Shown: one piece after another, positions 52,923-60,768 of the stretch
How the letters are laid out: each line of letters begins with the position of its first letter
Position numbering within the stretch: the stretch's first letter is position 1
Source of the DNA: Basidiobolus meristosporus CBS 931.73
Taxonomy: Eukaryota > Fungi > Basidiobolomycota
DNA: 64,000 nucleotides
Direction of reading: 5' to 3'
Assembly (NCBI GenBank): GCA_002104905.1
Contig: MCFE01000099.1
Coordinates: forward strand, 108,545-172,544
Made by a program: the position numbers and the translations under genes
The notes under the pieces: model-generated
Told to the model about the DNA's origin: nothing
The model's database searches: none
What the model saw: the letters and a program-made list of their open reading frames with translations, nothing else

Positions 52923-53949
52923 GCAGATTAGCTTTGTATAATAAATTTCATGTTTGGCTGCCCCAAGGAAATAAAGTCGCTACAAACCAATCAAGGTTTG
53001 AGTAGTGGGCGCTCCGTTCGGCTACGAGAGTAGCCAGATAGGCTTTGATTTGCAATCGATTCGCTTTTTGAGTTGATTGTATGACAAGGCACGATTTCAT
53101 AGCAAATTCGCGGCTCTGATCAATATTAGGCCATATGCTATGGTTGATAAGAGATTTTACTCACATTGAGAGGTCTATTACACAAACGCAGGAGAGGCTT
53201 TGAAGCAAGTTCTCTGCTTTAGCCTTAGAGAACTGAGGTCACAAAGCTGCCAAAAGATTGATAGCTGTAAAGAAAACTAAACTGATATTGCTACTAGTCT
53301 GATATTGTTCCAAATTTGATACCATGTCCTGATTGTTGTATCCAAGAGAAAAGTGTAATAACACTCTTGAATAGTTTAACTGAACCTAAGTGACAACTAA
53401 GTGCAGAATCTTAGAATTGTCAGAGAGTGGTAGAAATCTTAGCCGAGAGGTTCTGGTCTAGTATTGGCCTTGTATATAGCTGGGTTTGGCTATCAAGGCA
53501 ACAGAGTTGCTTTGCCATGCAGGCTAGGCTTGGGTAGAAACTAGAATGTAATTGTTGAGTTCATAACTGTGTTGAGACACAATCTTAATTTTGTTGAGAC
53601 ACGCACTAAACCAAAAGGTTCAGTGAACTTTATTTATACTTTTTTGATTGAGTTGAATTGGTTAGTGCCATGAGACTGGATTAATTGAAATCAGTTTGGG
53701 TGTTGATAGGGGCATAAGATAAATGAAAATTGTATCATCAATCAGCTGATGTCTTGGCAACAGATAAGTGGTTGGATAGATCTCAGATGACTAAACACCT
53801 GGGAAGGCTTGGCAGATAAGTTGATAACAAAATGATGCCATAAAAGTTAATCAGGTATGACAGCTAAAAATAGATTCTGAGAAGTGATAATATAAACAAT
53901 ATCTGGGATGAGTTATGTTTAGGTTAGGAAAAATCAGTTAGGGTTAGGG

Positions 53950-54600
53950 GGGAGACAGTCACCAATAGGCAAAATCTTTATTTCAGTTGAAACAAAGAAG
54001 CCAGCACTACTGTTGTAGCTTTGATACAAGAGTGTGTAGCTGAGGGGAATTAGTAGGTAAGTTAATAAGAAGTGATGATAGTTCTTCAGTGCTCAAGACA
54101 CTGTTCAGTGGGAAGGGGGGTAGCAAGGAGGGTAAGAATGATTTGTGAACAACATTAATGAGGGGAATATGATAAGGATTGATATTCATCATAAAGGGAG
54201 TGCACTATTTCAGATATTGCTGCCAAAGGTCTGTCAAGTACTTCAGGTAGGCCAGCTTGGGTTTTTCTGACTGCAGAATATAGTGAGCAAGCTTCTTGAC
54301 TTCAGGATCTTCAAGTATAGTTCTCCAGCAGGAGCCAGGTGTGGTGTGGTGTGTTCTCTTCCGGGCCTTGATCAGTGGGTTGTTGCAGTAGTGAAGTCCA
54401 AAATATAATCTGGTTCTGAGGTAGGGAAGTCTGATCTTACAAGGCATAAACCCAAAAGCTCCAAGAATTGCATGTCTGTAGGGGCATTCACGCAGATGAG
54501 GAACCAAGGTGGTAATGCACCAGACTGCAAACTTGTCAAGTTTAGTGCAGTCTCTAGAAGTAAGAGAGAGAAGTGGTAAGCCAAATTCCTGGACAGGGAA
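53950..54600 (-). mobile_element. Telomere-associated LINE family A, copy 1 (5'-truncated, premature stop)
   Basis: Homologous to the 3' 650 bp of 60709-63794; preceded by TTAGGGTTAGGG (53938-53949); CAG>TAG stop at 54205-54207. Confidence 0.92.
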
Positions 54601-54720
54601 GGGGGAGGGAAAGTCACCAAGTTGGTGATGTCTTTATTTGAGACAAGAACTAATCTAAGTACAAATAAAGAAGTCAATTAAGAAGTCTAGAACCTCTCTA
54701 AAAAGTAATCTAATTTAGAG
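54601..54720 (-). mobile_element. Short diverged 3' fragment of the SINE-like family
   Basis: GGGGGAGGGAAAGTCACCAAGTTGGTGATGTCTTTATTT resembles the tail at 58339 and 60191. Confidence 0.6.
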
Positions 54721-55399
54721 TGTAGGTGTTATAGTAAGGGCTAGGAAATGGTTAGAAGAGCAGGGGGTCTGGGGGACGCAGTCCCCTAGAGAATAAAAAA
54801 GCAGGGGGTTTGGGGGATGCAATCCCCCATACTGCTCCCATACTCTTTAAATTCCCTTTGGATTACTTTTCTCTCATTCTTGGTTCTGGTCCCTTAGGGT
54901 TAAAATTCCTCCTCCTAACCCTTATCACCCTAACCATAAATATTTTTACCCTACAATTGGCACATTGTCTGCTCATATAGTGGGCATGTCTGGGCCAATA
55001 TTTGTCTCCCTATACTGTCCATATGCTCTGTATAAGTCTTGATGACTATTTAACTAACAAGTAGAGATTAGCCCAATTGGACCAAATGATCCAATTGTAT
55101 TTAAATTATTTTGACCTCATAGCAAGGATATATGAAGTCTAAATGAAGTTTATGAAATATCTCTGGTATGCACTTTGTGCTGGTATTTTGATTTTTTCAA
55201 AATGGTTGCAAATACTTTGTCTTATATTGCCTTTACTGAAGCAACTTTTGGCAAATTTTAATTGGACCAAATGGTCTAACACTTCATTGATGAATAATGG
55301 GTATGGCTTTAAGCAATTATATTTCAACCATTTAATAGCCAATCCTACTAACTGCAAAGAATTATTGAGCATTATTTGTTTTTTCATATACCAACTTCA

Positions 55400-55850
55400 A
55401 GTGCCTGGTATAGCAGTCTTTACACATTGGGTAGCCAGGGTTGCAACTGCATGAAAACTCAACCTTAGTGCCTGTAACATGAGCGGCAGTACAAGTTTTG
55501 CAAGCTAATCTACGGCGCTTTGAGCCATAACCTTTACTCATCAACAGGTAAGTGTGATTTTCATCACTTCTGAGTTACCTCTGACTACCCAAGGGCCCCT
55601 TGATGTCTGAACCGGCCAAATTCTTACAATATTGCAAGAAATTGTATGCTAAAATATCCTTGAAAGAGAAATGAGATACACCACACTTTTGGTAAGAAAA
55701 TGTACAATAAGAGCTATAGGCATTGGCTTTGCAGATACCCAGGATGAAGCCGTAGAAACGCATCTCCCATCTTTCTGTAGATATAACATCATGATAAGAT
55801 GTCAAATTATCTTGAAGGTTATTGGCAGCATCAATCAAACCTACAAATAT
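55400..55850 (-). mobile_element. piggyBac-like transposase C-terminal remnant
   Basis: IDAANNLQ..T.RW..RFYGFILGICKANAY..Y..SH..FK..LA resembles the third-Asp region of DDE_Tnp_1_7, followed by a Cys-rich tail (CKTC..CSC..CKDC). Termini not identified. Confidence 0.62.
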
Positions 55851-55954
55851 AGTAAATGGAGCACATGTTGTTTCTTCAAGACAGGATTCTACTTACTTTT
55901 ATGGGTCTCATATTCTTCAACCGCTTCCGGTCACTGAATGGTTATCACCTCACC

Positions 55955-56150
55955 GCAACGCAACGCAACGCAACGCAGCGGGAACGGTAGCAGCACTGCA
56001 TCTAGGAAGCAGACCTTTTGCACCAGACGGGGGCCAAGCTACAGACAGCGCAGCAAAAAGCACCCGCCACAACATGACACAACACAACACAACACACCAA
56101 AGGCAGCAGTGGCAAAAAAAGAGCAGACACACACACATATACACACAGGC
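55955..56150. repeat. Microsatellite cluster: (CGCAA)n, (ACAAC)n, (CA)n
   Basis: Seen directly, immediately downstream of the 5S gene on the minus strand. Confidence 0.9.
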
Positions 56151-56189
56151 AGAAGCAAAAAGGGTTGTGGAATGGAGCAATAAGGAAGA

Positions 56190-56307
56190 AAACATCAGCA
56201 CCTAGTATTCCCACATGGTCCCCCACCATAGTACTGACTAGGCCATTACCAGTTTGACTTTGGAGATCGGACAGGATCCGGTATTTTCTGGTATGTATGG
56301 CCAATGC
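56190..56307 (-). rRNA. 5S rRNA gene or pseudogene
   Basis: The minus strand reads GCATTGGCCATAC..CCGGATCCTGTCCGATCTCC..AGTCAGTACTATGGTGGGGGACCATGTGGGAATACTAGGTGCTGATGT then TTTT. The terminal helix closes with several G-U pairs. Confidence 0.9.
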
Positions 56308-56598
56308 TCAAGAGTAACATCCTTTGATGAGTACTTATGGAGCAGTGGGCGCACAGTTTTTTGCAAATATCTCACCAACATGGTTGGGTATCCCAGAGTT
56401 TCTTTGACCAGAAGATGCACAACAATGAGGGCTATGTGTGTGTACCATCTCAGCCAGATTGGAGATTTTTTTGATTTTTAGTAGAATTAATGGTGCAAAA
56501 TCAAGGAGAAAACAGGCTTAAAAAGAGGAAGAGTTGAGAAACAACCTAGTTGATATGGCTATTTTCTGCTGGGTGTAGCATCACAATGGCATTGCTTA

Positions 56599-58326
56599 GG
56601 GGGGGGGAAACCACCGGTTGGTGTAATCTTTATTGTCAATCATTGTGAAAATAAAGAAGTCAGGGATTGATTATGGAGTCTTGTAACATATTTGTACAGA
56701 CACTTTGGGTTAATATGTAGATAGGTTGCTATTTCTTGTAGTTCCTCTGCATTGAACAGAGTGTTGAGAGGGAGTGGCGGTAGCACTAGCAATAATAACT
56801 TATGATCTATGTATCATGATGTGCTTTTGCCAATTGGTGATATAAAGCAAAGAAATGGGGTTTGCTGAGTTACATACTCTTGCCATAGTTGATTAAGATA
56901 CTTGCTATATGCTTCTTTGGGGTTTTTACTCCCCTCTATTGCTTTGGCAAATTGCTGGACTTTTGGGCACCCGATGATAGTTGCCCAACAGGAGTTATTT
57001 TGCGGCATCTTGTGAGAAATCCATGCTTGTATCAACTCATTTGCTGATTTTTGGAGTTGAATACGCAGTCTTGTACGGAGGTACAAAATTCCAATTGAAT
57101 ACGGGAGTAGTCTAAAAGTTGCCAGGACTGCGTGGTGATACTGTGTTGGTGGGAGCCATGGTAATAAAGTATAAATGCTGTGAGAAACAAACTTATCCAG
57201 TTTTGCCAGGTATCTTGTTGGAATAGGCATTATTGCCAATCCAAACTCTAGTACTGGGAGCACAAACTGCTTGAGTAACAAGTGACATTGGCTCAAAGGT
57301 ATATCTGGTGGTGTAACAGAGACTAACTTGTGTAAAGCATGCCGTGCAAGTGCAATTTGCCTCCACACATGTGCTTTTACATCTAGACCAGATGCAGTAA
57401 ACGGAAGCCCTAGATAGCTGACAGTTTCTGCTGGGTGTAGAGTTTGAGAGTTTAGCATGATACTGCATCCAACTGGCTTGGTTTTTGCCATTGAGAGACT
57501 AAGATTGTTTTGTGTAAGGTAGCTGACAATCAGGTTAGAGTCTTTTTCCAAATTACTGGAAGAGATATGTATATCATCTGTGTATAAAGTTGTAAGCGCA
57601 GAGGCTTCCAAGGCCAGAAAGTTGTAAGCACAGAGGCTTTCAAGGCCGGAAAGTTGTTCATAAAGATGGCAAATAGTAGAGGGCCTAGTATGGATCCCTG
57701 CACTACCCCATTTGGAAAATCATAAGCGGTAGATTGCATATTTGGATGCAAAATGTAGGCCTTTGAGTCCTGATATAAAGCCATCATAAGAGCCGTAATT
57801 GAAGGTCCAGCAAATACTTCAAGTTTTCTCCAAAGTTGGTTACGGTCAACTGCATCAAATGCACGGGTAATATCCAAGAGTACTGCTGAAATTTGTTACA
57901 GAGTGTGTGGTCATGGCTTAGCATGACAGCCATTTCTATCAAGACTTTAGGTATAAAGCCAAACTGATTTGCTACAAACAAGCCACTAGATGAGAGTTGC
58001 AAAGCAATCAACAGTTCCAAACCTTTCTGCAAGCTGGTAAGAGGGAAACAGGGCAATAGGATTCTGCCAGTTTGGCTGAGCCCCTACCTTTGTATAGAGG
58101 AATCACCTTTGCAGCCAGCCATTCCAACAGCATTTGCACATGTGAAATACACTGCAAATAGAATGGGAGCAATATATGTGCCATGGCAGCAGGTGCCAGC
58201 TTCAAGATTTCATATGTTATATTGTCATGACCTGGTGCGGTATAGTTGGGTAGCTTACAAAGAGTTGCCTCTAAAGTAGCTGCATCCAGGTTAATTGCGT
58301 GAGAGCAATCTCTTGAAGTAGCTGTA
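56599..58326 (-). mobile_element. Telomere-associated LINE family B (diverged relative of A), frameshifted and 5'-truncated
   Basis: RT motifs APGHDNITYEILK, YCPVSLLP, QFGFIP, DITRAFDAVD, GVVQGSILGPLLF and YTDD spread over several frames; 3' tail TTAG-G9-AAACCACCGGTTGGTGTAATCTTTATT at 56596-56634. Confidence 0.9.
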
Positions 58327-58338
58327 TTAGGGTTAGGG

Positions 58339-58539
58339 GGGAGGAAAGTCACCAAGTGGTGAAATCTTTATTTACTTATGACAAGTATCTAAAGAAGCCA
58401 AGTTAATCTGAAGTTATTCCTAGAAAGCTAGGTCTGAGAGATATCTTCCTGGTAAGCCAGGTCTGAGAGTTGAGAAGCTGAGTGGTACTACATTTCCTAG
58501 TTAGCTAGGTCTGAGAGAGGTTTCCTGGAAAGCCAGGCC
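58339..58539 (-). mobile_element. SINE-like element, 5'-truncated copy
   Basis: Nearly identical to 60191-60391; bounded by (TTAGGG)2 and (TTAGGG)3. Confidence 0.85.
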
Positions 58540-58557
58540 TTAGGGTTAGGGTTAGGG

Positions 58558-58806
58558 GGGAGAGAGTCACCAACAGGTGAAATCTTTATTTCAGTTGAAA
58601 CAAAGAAGCCACCGCTACTGTTGTAGCTTTGATACAAGAGTGTGTAGCTGAGGGGAATTAGTAGGTAAGTTAATAAGAAGTGATGATAGTTCTTCAGTGC
58701 TCAAGACACTGTTCAGTGGGAAGGGGGGTAGCAAGAGAGGTAAGAATGACTTGTGAACAACATTAATGAGGGGATTGTGATAAGGATTGATATTGATCAT
58801 AAAGGG
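58558..58806 (-). mobile_element. LINE family A, copy 2 (about 250 bp, 5'-truncated)
   Basis: 3' end of the family A ORF plus its tail. Confidence 0.92.
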
Positions 58807-58830
58807 TGGGTTAGGGTGTAGGTGTTATAG

Positions 58831-60180
58831 GGGGGGGAGACAGTCACCAACAGGTGAAATCTTTATTTCAGTTGAAACAAAGAAGCCAGCGCTACTGTTG
58901 TAGCTTTGATACAAGAGTGTGTAGCTGAGGGGAATTTGTAGGTAAGTTAATAAGAAGTGATGATAGTTCTTCAGTGCTCAAGACACTGTTCAGTGGGAAG
59001 GGGGGTAGCAAGAGAGGTAAGAATGACTTGTGAACAACATTAATGAGGGGAATGTGATAAGGATTGATATTCATCATAAAGGGAGTGTGCTGCTGCAGAT
59101 ATTGCTGCCAAAGGTCTGTCAAGTACTTCAGATAGGCCAGCTTGGGTTTTTCTGACTGCAGAATATAGTGAGCAAACATCTTGACTTCAGGATCTCCAAG
59201 TATAGTTCTCCAGCAGGAGCCAGGTGTTGTGTGGTGTGTTCTCTTCCAGGCCTTAATCAGTGGGTTGTTGCAGTTGTGAAGTCTGAGGTATAATCTGGTT
59301 CTAAGGTAGAGAAGTCTGATCTTATAGGGCATAAACCCAAAAGCACCAAGAATAGCATGTCTGTAGGGGCATTCAGGCAAATGAGGCACCAAGGAGGTAA
59401 TGCACCATACTGCAAACTTGTCAAGCTTAGTGCAGTCTCTAGAAGTAAGAGAGAGAAGTGGTAAGCCAAATTCCAGGACAGGGAAGACAAACTGCTTGAG
59501 TAGAAGGAGGCAGCTGGGAGCTGAAGTTGTAGGAGGAGTAACAGCCAGTAGCTTGTGGAGTGCCTGTCTTGCCAGGATAATTCTCTTCTTCAGGTGTGCT
59601 CCAGAGTCTAGTCCAGTAGGAAGGAAAGGAAAGCCAAGATATGTAGCAGAAACCTGAGCAGGTAGAGTGGAGTTCTCCAAGTTGATGGGAGAGCCCAAAG
59701 GTACAGTCTTTGCAATGGAAAGCTGGAGATTATTCTTCTGCAGATAGTGGTGGATGGTCTGGGAGTCTTGTTGCACATTGGAGGAGGATATTCTGATGTC
59801 ATCAGCAAAGAGAGTAACCAGGCAGTCAGCTGAGAGTCTTGGGAAATCATTCAGGAAGATGGCAAACAGTATAGGACCAAGCACAGAGCCTTGAACCACT
59901 CCATTAGGAACTGAGAACACAGCTGATTGCTCACTTGGGTGCAGAATTCTTGCTTGTGGATCCAGAAACAGAGATCTGACAAGGAGGGTGAGAGAGGTAC
60001 TGGAGAAGCATTGCAACTTGGACCAAAGCAGATTTCTGTCAACTGAATCAAAGGCCTTAGTAATATCAAACAGAACAGAGGGATACTTGCACTGGAGAGA
60101 GTGATCTTGGCTAAGTATGACTGCATATTCCAAGGAGAGGCCAGGAACAAAGCCAAACTGTGCAGGATGAAACTTGAGGG
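58831..60180 (-). mobile_element. LINE family A, copy 3 (about 1.35 kb, 5'-truncated within RT)
   Basis: ORF 58892..60133 is almost identical to the C-terminal 413 aa of ORF 60769..63522. Confidence 0.95.
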
Positions 60181-60190
60181 AGGGTTAGGG

Positions 60191-60705
60191 GGGAGGAAAG
60201 TCACCAAGTGGTGAAATCTTTATTTACTTATGACAAGTATCTAAAGAAGCCAAGTTAATCTGAAGTTATTCCTAGAAAGCTAGGTCTGAGAGATATCTTC
60301 CTGGTAAGCCAGGTCTGAGAGTTGAGAAGCTGAGTGGTACTATATTTCCTAGTTAGCTAGGTCTGAGAGAGGTTTCCTGGAAAGCCAGGCCTGAGAAGTG
60401 AGAATCTGAATATATCTGAGCTAAGTTATACTGGTTTGCGGTAGCTGAATTGTGGCCGGAATGGCCAGTAGACTGGGGGAACTGAGATGAATTTCTGGGC
60501 GATCACTGGCCATATTTTCTAGGCAAATCTGGCCAATTAGCATTTCAAGGATTTCAGCCAATCAGAGCCTTTACTTTGCCCGATGGTTGATCAAGCCATC
60601 TCCCAATGAGCACACATCAATTTATTAATCAAATTTTGCTGGATCCAGGATTTGAACCCACAACCATGGGTATGGAAGGGTTAGGGATAACCACAAGGCT
60701 AAGTG
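60191..60705 (-). mobile_element. Candidate tRNA-derived SINE (about 515 bp) with a LINE-type tail
   Basis: No ORF. A-box-like TAGCCTTGTGG (60691-60701) and B-box GGTTCAAATCC (60648-60658) at tRNA spacing; four internal hairpins; tail shared with the LINEs. Confidence 0.7.
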
Positions 60706-60768
60706 TTAGGGGGGAGACATTCACCAACAGGTGAAATCTTTATTTCAGTTGAAACAAAGAAGCCAGCG

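Noticed and set aside
53020-53035. GGCTAC-GAGA-GTAGCC hairpin as a Helitron 3' end or terminator
   Set aside because: No CTRR at the expected distance and no Helitron sequence nearby; a single 6-bp stem is expected by chance.
58419-58537. Palindromic repeats with spacers resembling a mini-CRISPR array
   Set aside because: Eukaryotic context, no cas genes, spacers of about 4-24 bp, and the whole block is duplicated as part of a retroelement.
60191-60705. The non-coding element as the telomerase RNA gene
   Set aside because: It is multicopy, 5'-truncated in other copies and carries a LINE tail; known fungal telomerase RNAs are long Pol II transcripts. Only the template-like motif is kept as a finding.
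53938-60710. Internal TTAGGG units as relics of chromosome fusion
   Set aside because: All are in the same orientation as the terminal telomere and sit exactly at retroelement 3' ends; a fusion would give head-to-head repeats.
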